From assembly GCA_002633005.1 (NCBI GenBank), contig NMRA01000015.1, positions 46,869 to 106,374 of the forward strand: a DNA stretch of 59,506 nucleotides, read 5' to 3'. The translations under genes were made by a program, and so were the position numbers. The notes under the pieces are model-generated. The model did not search any database. It saw only the letters and a program-made list of their open reading frames with translations, and was not told the origin of the DNA. This DNA is from Phoronis australis. Its lineage: Eukaryota > Animalia > Phoronida. Below, piece by piece: positions 1 to 11,018 of this stretch (positions within the stretch are counted from its first letter, which is position 1; every line of letters starts with the position of its first letter).

Positions 1-55
1 CGGACAGAGATGACGGCATAATGCGTCCACATATAAATATGTGGGCGCATAAAAA
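1..55 (-). mobile_element. Terminus of a Helentron/HINE-like element
   Basis: Same hairpin ATGCGTCCACATAT-AA-ATATGTGGGCGCAT followed by an A-run as at about 11000, 11920 and 17710. Confidence 0.75.
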
Positions 56-149
56 GTGTAATAAGCATAACAAAAAGAAGTAGGTTTCGCGCGCAAACGC
101 TGTGGACCATAAACAAGTTGGTCTCTTAAAATCAATGAACAAGTGAAAT

Positions 150-212
150 CGTGGTGGTGCGGTGGTAAAGCACACGTGCTTTGTCCGCCAGGTCGTGAGT
201 TCGAGTCTGTGG
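150..212 (+). pseudogene. tRNA-like remnant or tRNA-derived SINE head
   Basis: A-box-like TGGTGCGGTGG and B-box-like GAGTTCGAGTC at tRNA spacing. No complete cloverleaf. Confidence 0.4.
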
Positions 213-549
213 TTATTGCACTTTTTGAAGTTTGACACATTCTCCGTTTTTTTTTGTTTTTTTTCTTTGCCATTTTTTTCTTGGGTAATACTTCGGAAAT
301 CAAGGAAAATACTTGATTTTTAGAGCAACAAACAGAAAAATTTTCCTGGCGGGAGGGGGGGGCAAACCACCCTCCTGACCTCCCCCCATTCGGTGCTATG
401 CGCATCTACAATCGTGCTTTGCGCAAATGTTTACAGACAAAATGTTGGGCCCCCCTTGTGATATCTTAGATCCACCACTGACTTACACATCATATGTTGG
501 TCGGACAGCTCAGGGACAATGAACATTACAAGATTAGCAGTCACAAGTC

Positions 550-672
550 TTGACTTAACTTATGGCGTGTAAAAAGATAACGCACCGGTTTGAATTAACC
601 TATAGCTTGTAAAAGGATGACGCATGGGTTTGACTTAACCTATGGCATGTAAGAAGACAATGCACCGCTTTA
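550..672. repeat. Minisatellite, ~40 bp x3
   Basis: TTGACTTAACCTATGGC(G/A)TGTAA...ACGCACCGGT units. Confidence 0.7.
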
Positions 673-1020
673 TAACAGCATAATAACATACACTCAAAGT
701 GTTTCAAGCTGTCACATTTCCCAGCCTCCTGTCAAATAACATGCTTAATATAGACTTACTGTTTCAAAATAAAATTGGTCCCAACTAGTGGGCACAAGAG
801 TTCAACATTAATCTGTTGAAATTTGCGACCAATTGTATGTAATGTGATTAGCTATTTTCAGAAACAAGTCTGTCTGAGACTAAGTAGGAAATAACAGCAG
901 GTTGCATGACTGAAAATTAGATTGACTTTAGAGTTGATGATATATTAAGACCATATCTATATCAATGAACCATTAACAACGTTTTACGTCCAGATCCAAC
1001 ATCATGTCAAGCATCACTCA

Positions 1021-1090
1021 AGCTCTCAGATGCTATGTCAGTATTAAGACTCAGTCACACCAGTGCCAATAACTAAATCATTGCAGAGCT
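1021..1090 (-). ncRNA. Candidate intronic box C/D snoRNA (copy B, degenerate box C)
   Basis: AGCTC-T-GCAATGA...TGACTGAGTCTTAATACTGA...GCATCTGA-GAGCT. Clearly homologous to copy A. Confidence 0.45.
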
Positions 1091-1226
1091 GGTCAGCATT
1101 TAACACACAAGCACATACATACACAAATCTCGCAAACCAGCCCTATTGTAAAAGACACATAACCTGAACAGACTGAAATAACATAACCACTATTACCATT
1201 TTCTAATTACACCAGGTTCCACTCAC

Positions 1227-1406
1227 CATTCCGTCCAAGTCTTTCATTGCCTGCAAGGCGTCCTCGCGGTTCTCAAAGTGTACAAAGCCATAGCCTTTAT
1301 TGGGCAGCTTTTTCACGCGCTCCACCGTCCCGTACTGTTCAAACTTGATCTTCAGCATTTCCTCCGAGACATCCGATGACAGCTTGCTGACATACAGCAC
1401 CTTCAC
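1227..1406 (-). CDS. SYNCRIP: hnRNP Q/R coding exon 7 (RRM3); gene continues beyond the left edge
   Basis: gatcag|VKVLYVSKLSSDVSEEMLKIKFEQYGTVERVKKLPNKGYGFVHFENREDALQAMKDLDGM|GTGAGT. 180 nt. Confidence 0.93.
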
Positions 1407-1541
1407 CTGATCACAGGAAAACACAGCAAAGCATTAACACCCTTTTAAGTTAGAGTGAACGGAATCATATATATATAGACACATCATTCAACTATCCACT
1501 AGATGACACAAATCAAATGCTCGAGACTAAAACCTACTTTA

Positions 1542-2705
1542 AGGCTGTTCCAGTAAAAAGCATATGGGAGGGGCAAGGCACTTTCATTTTTTTACCCACC
1601 ACCCAATTTTTTCTTTTATTTCTCCAACCCACTACTTATTTTCCAAACCACCACCCATAACGTTTAATTAGGTTGAAATACAACCACATATATTTTTTAC
1701 ATTATGCTTGAATTATACATGGTAATTATTGTACATGTTAAGTTTTCTTCCCTTAAGCATTTCCAGTCTTCAGTGTTTCGTTAGCTGAAAATGGTCCGAA
1801 ACACATGCTTTCCAGTGATGTGCATTGCAAATGGCAGATGCTTGGGGTGTTCATTATTTCAAAATTCCTACGAGAGAGCAGCACTTGCAAACAAATTACC
1901 TCTAGGACACACATCATGATTTGTTAAGCACTTAAGAGAGGCCTGAACTACATGTTTCAGCATTTTAATATGAATTTTGAAAGTATAAAGGTTGGTTATT
2001 GGCATCCACATATTCCTAAATGGTGCACAGTATTTTTCTTTTTTACTTAGAAAAGTAAAAATTTATTAGTTCCGTAAAGCCCCACTGCAAGTGCTGTTTT
2101 TGTGACGTCACTGCTTTTCAAAGACACCTGCGAGCAATACTTTAGGCAGTCACCAGGTGCCTCTGACCATCAGATGTCTCTGTAATTTCTGTAAGATTTT
2201 TTCAATTTCATGATCCACGAATCTAAGTATTTCCATGAATGCTTTAAGGCTGCTATGCCAAGTGAATATTTGGAGCTTGTCTACTGGACTCCACATACTT
2301 TTTATTGATGTGTTATAACACCAGTTTAGTGTTGCAGTGATTTTCATTCTAATACGACTGTACAACATATGCCTGTAATCAAGTTGCAAATGACTTCAAG
2401 GAATGGCATAGTGTACATACTGTATACACTGTGCACTTGCAACATGGGCTTGTTTTTGTTGTTTTTGAATATTTTTGGATATCTGCAAATGAATTCTTGG
2501 GGAGTTTTGAAGTTTTTTCAGAGGGTATTGAGGTCGGTGTTAAGCTGAAAATACCCTCATGTCAACATTTAAGGGACAAAAAACACCAACCACATACGTT
2601 AATTTTTTACAGAAGGGCCACCAAAACTTTTAATTTCCTTCAGAAGACACATCCATAAATTTTTATTTCAACAGTCCCCCCACATGGATTGTGCTAGAAC
2701 AGCCC
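1542..2705. mobile_element. Probable PIF/Harbinger-like non-autonomous element
   Basis: AGGCTGTTCCAG...ATGGGAGGG and CCCCCACATG...CTAGAACAGCCC inverted ends, flanked by TTA/TAA. Confidence 0.5.
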
Positions 2706-2778
2706 TAACTAAGCAGCAGTTTGCTGCGTTAACTGAATGCTCTAGAGGGGATCACTTGACACGCCAAGATACACTCAA

Positions 2779-2847
2779 GCTCTCAGATGCAATACATCAG
2801 CATTAAGACTCAGTCATATGCTTGTCAATACAAAATCATCACAGAGC
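2779..2847 (-). ncRNA. Candidate intronic box C/D snoRNA (copy A)
   Basis: Sense to the host gene: GCTC-T-GTGATGA (box C)...CTGA...CTGA (box D)-GAGC terminal stem. 69 nt. Paralog at 1021-1090. Confidence 0.6.
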
Positions 2848-2878
2848 CTGTTCTCATTTGCTACAAAAATGTTATTAC

Positions 2879-3087
2879 TTTTGCCATGGTCTCCTCGTCG
2901 GGTTCCGTTTGCGGGTCAGCCCACTCCGCAATGATGTCACAGCCCCACACCTTGGTGCGATCCAATGCCAGCTTGCGTCGAGCTGTTGACGCAGCTTTGT
3001 GGTTTGCAAAGTCAAGGAAAGCAAACCCACGATTCTTCTTTTTGGCATCATTATGATCCAAATAAACAATGACACCAGTCAACTCAT
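2879..3087 (-). CDS. SYNCRIP: hnRNP Q/R coding exon 6 (RRM2)
   Basis: ttttag|AT; DELTGVIVYLDHNDAKKKNRGFAFLDFANHKAASTARRKL...KVWGCDIIAEWADPQTEPDEETMAK|GTAATA. 209 nt. Confidence 0.95.
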
Positions 3088-3761
3088 CTAAAAACCATCA
3101 ATAGTGTCAGATTAGTCAACCTAATTCAGGACTAAAGTGGTGCACAACATTTGTGCAATTCAAAAAGCTCAATCAAACAACTGCACACTTCTATGGTAAG
3201 TCTTCAATCAGTCATCACAAACTAACACTTAAAGCTGACATTTCCAAAGGTTGATTTTCTTGTTGCAAATAACGAGTATTGCTAAACGTTGTTCTATAAC
3301 ATCTACACAGCAGTGAGCAGCTGATTAATTTGAAGCATCAGTGTCCAGCAATTTCACACAACCAAAACAGTAAATGGCTTTAACATTTGACATGGTAAAT
3401 TATAAAAGCCTGACAAATTGTAGACAGGCCTCTCACTCACCCATTAGAAACAAACCAGCAAACTTAAGAGTAACTGAAGTGGTAACATATGAAACGGAAA
3501 CACCACGGGCAATCAAAATAAGAACAGAGTCATGACCCAACTGGCTGTAAATTGGCCTTGCATCTTTGTAAGAGTGTTGCATTTTAAAAGATGCCCCTGG
3601 GGCGCATTGCAGCAATACACTTGCGCCTTAATATTTTTTATGAGCTAACGGCGCAATTATGCAGTCCAGGAATATCCCGGACACACTAAGCCCTACTCTA
3701 ACAGTTCACTCTGAGGTGGGGTCTGTCAAGACTGAGGCAACACAGGGATGCTGATACGTAC

Positions 3762-3897
3762 CCACAATCCTTCCAAACTCTTCCTGTATTTCTTCCTTGG
3801 ATTTCCCCTTAGGAATGTTGCCCACATATAAACGAACATTGCCAACAGAGGAATTGACTTTTAACTTCTTTCCAGGAACAATCTCTTTTCCATCCAG
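3762..3897 (-). CDS. SYNCRIP: hnRNP Q/R coding exon 5 (end of RRM1, start of RRM2)
   Basis: Absent from the ORF track. ttacag|LDGKEIVPGKKLKVNSSVGNVRLYVGNIPKGKSKEEIQEEFGRIV-G|GTACGT. 136 nt, phase 0 to 1. Confidence 0.93.
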
Positions 3898-4304
3898 CTG
3901 TAATATTTAATACTACTATGTATTAACATGCACACTGACCTGGCAATACTAAAGTGAAAGCACTCTGAAGACTGACACTTCAACGAAATTAACAATTTTA
4001 AGGTGACATCGATAACGAAACTAAGAACATAAAAAATCACGAGACTGACATTTATTACACCAATGTATACAACCCATAAGGAGATCTAGTTACCTACCAA
4101 ATTTAAGGTTCAGTCAAAGGATCGCGGAGCTGAGCTCTGCAAACTTAATTTGAAAAATGGCCGCCACAGCTTCAACTTGTGTCTAATTTCGCCCCAGGAC
4201 AAATGTCCTGGGCTATTGAATGGGTACACTGTACATAAAAGTCGATCAGAAGAAAACTATGAACCCTAGCACAAATATAGCTTAACAAAGTGCAACTATA
4301 ATTA

Positions 4305-5880
4305 CAGGGCTCGACATAACGAGCTGCAGGTCGCATTTGCGACCTGAAATTTGGAAATGCGAGCGAAGATTTTTGTCAGCTTGTATTAAGTCGCAAAATG
4401 CGACCTGGAATTTCCAACGATTGCGAGCTGTTTTTACACTTCTCAACAGATACCTGGCAAATACAAAGCAGCTCTTGTTAATCCGACCGTTATTTGGTTG
4501 TTGCCAAATCCAAGTTCAAAAGAAAACTAACCAAGAACAGCCCTCCGATGACTTGTAAGCAAGTCGCGTGAACATGGGATATGCACAATCGATCTTTGAT
4601 GCGTTTCATTGGCTAACACTTTCGGCCACTTTTGTAAATTCCCGGATTCGTCGAAGAAAGTTTCTGGCCACTGCTTAACACGTGATAAAACTTCACAAAA
4701 CAACGGTGTTTTTACTAATTCTTAAGCGATCAACTTACCAAAACTTTGTGGTGGACAAAAATTGTTTATTTTTCGCATAAGATGTCTTTATTACATGTAC
4801 CAAATATCCACAATATCCCTGATATCGCACTGCGGCACCGTTAGCGCGCAAGCTCTCCCGGCAGACAATCGTGACTTAGACTGAGATGTGCTTCTCCTTT
4901 TTATCGTATTAAGACAGCCAAAGTGAAAATGACAACCTTATTAATCGCAAACGACGGTCACGTCTTTACTTTAAGTGGGCAAGAAATTCTCAAACCCTTT
5001 ACTTGTTTCAGAGGCTACGTGCGCGAAATATGATTTGTCTTTCACACGTTGCCAACGTAAAGTGTAGGCCTACTCCACAATTCAAGTGCGTGAACTCACA
5101 CATGCGCACCACTTCAAAGAACAGCGACAGTCCTAAATGAAAGAGTATACCGGCTTGGCTCTTGTTTATTTGAAAATGAACTCAGATTCTCAGCGGTTAT
5201 AAAAGACCCGATGTCCCGGGACCGATATAACCCAGAACTGACGTTTTCCTGTTCCGATGTTTCCCGAGGTCGATGTTCTGTAATCCCTGTATTTTATGTC
5301 CGTAGCCAGCTATTGCAACTAAACTGGCAGTAGATGCGAAATCGTGGTTCAAGTTGGCGAACTTTTCATTCTTCTCGTTATACACCCCCCCCGCAACTTT
5401 TCGCTCCCCGAACCACCGTCGCCAAAAATGTTCAGACTCCTATAGAAACAACCTTGTTCCGGCTGAAGCGGGCAGTTAAAAAACAAAATCATTCCGGGTG
5501 GCTAAAAAGGGTACAATGTAGGTGGTAACGATATCCAGAAAGTCACCCCTACTAGGTGGAGTTTGCCTCGCAAAATCGTATTATTATAACGTTTCTTACC
5601 ATTGCAGCGTTTTAATATCTTATTACCGCAAACACTGAGGTTAAGGACTATGCTCACGCACAAGCCTACTCCCTACCTTTAAAGTGTTTCATAATAAACG
5701 CTCACTGATCTATTAAAAGTCCCCCTTAAATTTTGAGAATTTTCAATTAAGCGCCCACAGTTCAAGCTAGCGCCCATCATAGGGCACTACAAACGACCGC
5801 GTGTGGTTTAAAATTGACAAGCAGCTTATATGGTGTGTCACTTTCATTTTACACAACTTCAGTTTTCAAAAACGTCTGAA
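4305..5880. mobile_element. CAGGGCTCGAC-ended hAT-like non-autonomous element (partial copy)
   Basis: Similar to 25665-26466 in direct orientation and to about 24283-25436 in inverted orientation. Confidence 0.7.
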
Positions 5881-8023
5881 GTAACGGACTTCCACAGGCT
5901 GAAGTGGAATAGGCACACAATACAATGACGCCGAGATCCCGAGCTTAATTGGGTTTTTATGTACCTCAGTCGCTGTTCGTCATGTCATGGAACCAAGGTT
6001 TTCTTACAGAAAGATGTGCCTTCAGTAGGGGAAGTTTCTTGAGAGAAAAGCAAAATCACGATCGTCAAGTATTGCTACAGGTAGCAGGTGATTTTGTACA
6101 GATATGCTGCAGCTAGTTACTTTGGCAACCAAACATGTCATTGTGCTAATGGATTGACAGCTGGTCTTTCTTCTAAATACTTTGAACCTTGTTTGAACAA
6201 TGCAACATTTTATATAAATTGTATATTTCTTTCCCTGTTGAACAGCCATCACCAACCTCCCAGAATTTGTTCAAAGCACAAGTTCAACAATGGATGATAC
6301 TACTATAGGCAACGGGTGGTCAGTCGGCTGCCAAAATAATGAAGCAAAAACACATCATGTAAACATGCAAAAACACATTAAACACATCATGTAAAAAGTC
6401 AACAAGCAAATCAAGAATTCAAAAATTAAGTTTTTGACCACATAGATGTGGATAAAATGTTCGACTTGTGCTTAATTACAAGTTGATTTCTTGCGCTGTT
6501 GCTTTTGGTTGGGCACTTCCGTTTTGGTGTAGGAGTGGGTCGTTAAAAAAATGCGTTTAATGAAGACACGGAACAATGGCTCGTATCTGCTTGTACTCAA
6601 AACAATGTGTCAAAAATAATGGAGTTTCCAAAATCGTTTGTCATGTATCACCCTAGTGTTCTGTTTTATTTCATTGCTCAGGGTGGTGATGTTTTGAGTA
6701 CTGTCACGAGGAATCCAGAAAGGTAGGCTACGGACTTGAAATTCTCATCAATTACCGCTTTGTTGGTTTTTCCACGGCAATGAAATACATTCGACAAGTG
6801 CTGTCTCAGAGATCAGTACATGCTGACACGAGTTCCAGCGTGCATAAGCCAAAGCAAACAATTGTCTCCTTCAGTAAAGAGCACGAGAATACAGTAAGGC
6901 AAGTACCCGGTTCTGCTAAAACTGATGAATTATCATTGAAAGGTAAGCAAGTTGCTCACGTTTTGGAATCTTAAGTTTTGTGAGACGAACGTTCACAATA
7001 GCACACGCATAAAAAAATTGGGTGTGGGCGGTAAGCCAAGCATGGGCGCTTAAAAATGAAAAATTGAAAATTTCGGAGGTGGGCGGTTAGCTGAGCATGG
7101 GCGGTAACCCGGACGGGTACGGTAATACCAGCAAACCAAATTTAATAACAAATTTTGCTGCTGTGAAGCTGACCTCATGAGATGTGGCAAAAATTTAGGA
7201 AGTGGCACGTGAGCACGCTGTTTTCCAAACAACAACATACTTTTCTTTGTTACAAAAGGCGGAGAATTGCGCAAGAAAATGACGGTTATTAGATTGTTTT
7301 TCACTTAATAAACAGCTTAACTGGCAAGGTGGGTGTCGGTTGACTCCTCGATTTTGCATGCACCCCCGCCAGACTTTGTAACTACATGTTGATACTAGTT
7401 CCACGGCCAAGTGTGGGCAATTTCGAGGTCTGTCGGAGCTCAACCCCCAGTGGTACCTACCTACATGTATATTGACAAAAATTTTCATACAGCTAACTGG
7501 CTGGATGGCTACACAAGACATCTGCTGATTCCGTTAACGTGTACTGTATCAATGTTTTTTACTGCTGGAGCATCGAGATGCGGATGAAACGTAACCTTAA
7601 ATTCAGGATAAAAACAGCCCAGAGAAGAGAAAATTTATTCATTATAATCAGGGAAACAATATACTTCTTTTGAGCGCTGAAAATTCGCTCGCCACGTGGG
7701 CAACCGGCAACTGAACTTCTACTCGCCCAGCACCTTTTTACTAGCATTGGCGACTGGGCTTAGTGGCTGAATATATCCCCGAGCTACGCACACTCTATGA
7801 GACTACTTTTGAAGTAAACACATTACATGACAGCTGACCACATGAAGCCGACTCTAAGTAGAATGCCAGGTACAAAACAGCACAATCTGTTAGTAAGCTA
7901 TGCCACGCAGTCACGGTCACGCAAAAAAGGAGCGACGTCAGTTGTCACTTGATGTGCTGCGTGGGGCTTGCATTAAAGAGCATGATAACAAGTCTTAACT
8001 CAACTTGCTCATCCATAACTAAC

Positions 8024-8200
8024 CTGCTCCACAGCAGCTTTTGCAGCTCCAGTTGTGCAGAATGTGACAAAGCCATAACCTTTGTTGAGCTTTGTGATAG
8101 GGTCCATCATAATTCTCAAATCCCAAATGCGACCAGCATCCTCCAGCAAGGGCACCAGTACATCTTCAAACGCGTCTCTTGGGATTTTACCAATGAACAC
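8024..8200 (-). CDS. SYNCRIP: hnRNP Q/R coding exon 4 (RRM1)
   Basis: ttgttcag|VFIGKIPRDAFEDVLVPLLEDAGRIWDLRIMMDPITKLNKGYGFVTFCTTGAAKAAVEQ|GTTAGT, with RNP2 and RNP1 motifs. 177 nt. Confidence 0.95.
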
Positions 8201-8291
8201 CTGAACAAGAGCAACACTGACTGTTGAAATGTGCCCGCGAATGCACCCTAAACGGTGTACTTCTAAGCTTGTTTATTTGCATCATAAAAAT

Positions 8292-8787
8292 CAGGGCTTG
8301 GAATGACCAATGACAAAAAAGCGGAAACTTTTACGGCCCAAATCATGCGCGCTACCCAGCCTTGAAATGGTCGGTGTGAACCTTTCCCCGAGAAAAATCG
8401 GGAGGACTATAAAAAAACGTTACCACTATTAGTAGCATGCGTCTGCGTCCTTTTAGCTCGGCCGTCCACTCCCAACCCACACATTTTTGGCTGCAGAGCC
8501 GTAGTATTTATCGCCGCGGTTTACAATAACACGAGACGCCATTGAAAATCCCACCACGCTATCCCAGATGCCCCGGCAATGTTGAGAATTTACGTTCCTC
8601 CGAAACATAAAGAGCAACTTCCGCTGTTCGAGGTGAACGTCCTCTGCAACGCCGCGGTAAGAAAGGAATTTGCCGCGGAAATTTTATATCAAATCCGATT
8701 TTTTTATGCGGAAATATAATAAAATGCGCGGACAGAACATTTGAAAAAAGCGGAAATCCACGTTCCCGCGGAAAATTCCAAGCCCTG
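8292..8787. mobile_element. Non-autonomous hAT-like TIR element, copy 1
   Basis: 13-bp TIR CAGGGCTTGGAAT...ATTCCAAGCCCTG. 6-bp TSD AAAAAT, confirmed against the empty homologous site at about 16131-16150. Confidence 0.85.
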
Positions 8788-9037
8788 AAAAATGGCCACT
8801 AGGGAACATGCTATCGTTTCTTTAATAGAATGCTATTTAACAAATTTCAGAAAAATCTGTCAAGGAACTTCAGAGAAACAAAGAACGGAAAAAAATGAAA
8901 TTGCCACTAGGGGGCACAGCGTTCCTTGGATCCATCTGAGTTGTCGTCGTCTGTTGTTAACTTCATATAAATACACTTACTAAACTTAATACAGATTCTG
9001 TTGTGGGTTTAGAAGATACAGGTATGGGCGCAAAACA

Positions 9038-11018
9038 AACAAGAGCAACGCAGAGTGTTGAAATACGCCCACAATTGCACCGCACACGGTATCCTTCTAG
9101 GGTTGTTTATTGGTACCATAAAGTGGCCAGTAGAGAGCATATATGTAGTATGTTGTACTTAGCAAAATGGAAAGGCATGGTCATTGTCTCCTCAATAGGC
9201 TAGGGGCAAAATGTGAGTAATCTTCATAATACACGCACATCCTATACACCAGTTGCTTAAAGCACCACAGAAACATAGAATTAAAAACAAATTTACCAAC
9301 ATACGAGATTAGCACAGCACTAGAATGCCAGAAACAAATTTCTACTTGGAACTTTTCCTTCATAGTCACGAAGTAACACAAAGTATACACCTGAAGACCT
9401 ATGAAAATACAGAGGTCAATATAAAATACTAAAATTGCCACTAGAGGCAAATACTAAAATCGCCACTAGAGGCATACCGGTAGTCAGAATCATCCTAAAG
9501 TCGTCATCGTCCGTTGTCAACATCACATAAATACACTTGCTAAATTTAGTAAAGATCCTGCAAACGGTTTGGGAGATACAGCCATGGGCGCAAAAAAACA
9601 AAACTGCCACTAGGAGGCGCCACAGTAGTCCAAATCGTCTGAAAATCATTGTCAGCTGTCTTCCTTATAGTAAGCACATACACGCCAATTTTCACAATCA
9701 TCCTTTGAGCGGTTTGGTTGATAGAGGGGTGGACGCAAAAATACAGACTCGAAAACAGTAAAAATGGCCACTAGGTGGCGCAAACTACGTCGAATCCATC
9801 TGAAAACAGTAGGATAGCGTCATCTCACTAATAGGTGCCTACATACCAAATTTCATGAAAATCCGTTCAATACTTTTGAAGATACAAAGGTAAGCGTAAA
9901 AAACTAAAATTGCCACTAGGGGGCACACCGGTAGTCGGATCCGACCAAAAGTCGTCATCTTCCGTTGTTAACATCATATAAATATACTTACACAATTTGT
10001 AAAGATCCTGCGAACGGTTTAGGAGATACAGCCATAGGCGCAAAAAAACAAAACTGCCACTAGGAGGCGCCACAGTAGTCGAAATCGTCGGAAAATCATC
10101 GTCAACCGTCCTCTACATAGTAAGCATATACATGCCAATTTTCACAATCATCCTTTGAGCGGTTTGGTTGATAGAGGGGTGGACGCACAAAAACAGACTC
10201 GAAAACACTAAAAATGGCCACTAGGTGGCGCAAACTATGTCGAATCCATCTGAAAACGGGAGGATAGCGTCATCTCACTAATAGGTGCCTACATACCAAA
10301 TTTCATGAAAATCCAATAAGGACTTGTGAAGATACAAAGGTAAGCGTAAAAAAATTAAAATTGCCACTAGGGGGCACACCGGTAGTCGGATCCGTCCAAA
10401 AGTCGTCATCTTCCGTTGTTAACATCATATAAATATACTTACACAATTTCGTAAAGATCCTGCGAACGGTTTAGGAGATACAGCCATAGGCGCGCAAAAA
10501 AAAAAACTGCCACTAGGAGGCGCCACAGTAGTCGAAATCGTCGGAAAATCATCGTCAACCGTCCTCTACATAGTAAGCACATACATGCCAATTTATACAA
10601 TCATCCTTTGAGCGGTTTGGTTGATAAAGGGGTGGACGCACAAAAACAGACTCGAAAACACTAAACATGGCCACTAGGTGGCGCAAACTATGTCGAATCC
10701 ATCTGAAAACGGCAGGATGGCGTCATCTCACTAATAGGTGCCTATATACCAAATTTCATGAAAATCCGTTCAGGACTTTTGAAGATACAAAGGTAAGCGT
10801 AAAAAACTAAAATTGCCACTAGGGGCACACCGGTAGTCGAATTTGTCCGAAAGTTCGCACATGCCATCCCATTCATGAATGGAACATATGTGCCAAGTTT
10901 CATGAACGTATGTCAAAGGGTTTTGGAGATAGAGCAGCGGACGCCGGACGCCACCTGGACGGACGGACATAGATGACGGCATAATGCGTCCACATATAAA
11001 TATGTGGGCGCATAAAAA
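9038..11018 (-). mobile_element. Inner, better-preserved Helentron/HINE-like element with a ~451-bp higher-order tandem array
   Basis: Ends AACAAGAGCAACGCAGAGTGTTGAAATACGCCCAC and (GGAC)n...ATGCGTCCACATATAAATATGTGGGCGCATAAAAA. About three near-identical 451-bp units, each built from subunits of about 161/145/145 bp. Confidence 0.8.

Noticed and set aside
150-212. Functional tRNA gene
   Set aside because: A and B boxes are present but the acceptor and anticodon stems do not pair convincingly, so it is kept only as a remnant.
2779-2847. SECIS-like reading (ATGA...AA...TGA)
   Set aside because: It is intronic rather than in a 3' UTR, the host exons have no in-frame UGA, and the box C/D plus terminal stem reading fits better.
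9400-11018. Regularly spaced short conserved motif resembling a CRISPR array
   Set aside because: The intervening sequences repeat with a 451-bp period instead of being unique spacers, there are no cas genes, and the context is a eukaryotic intron.
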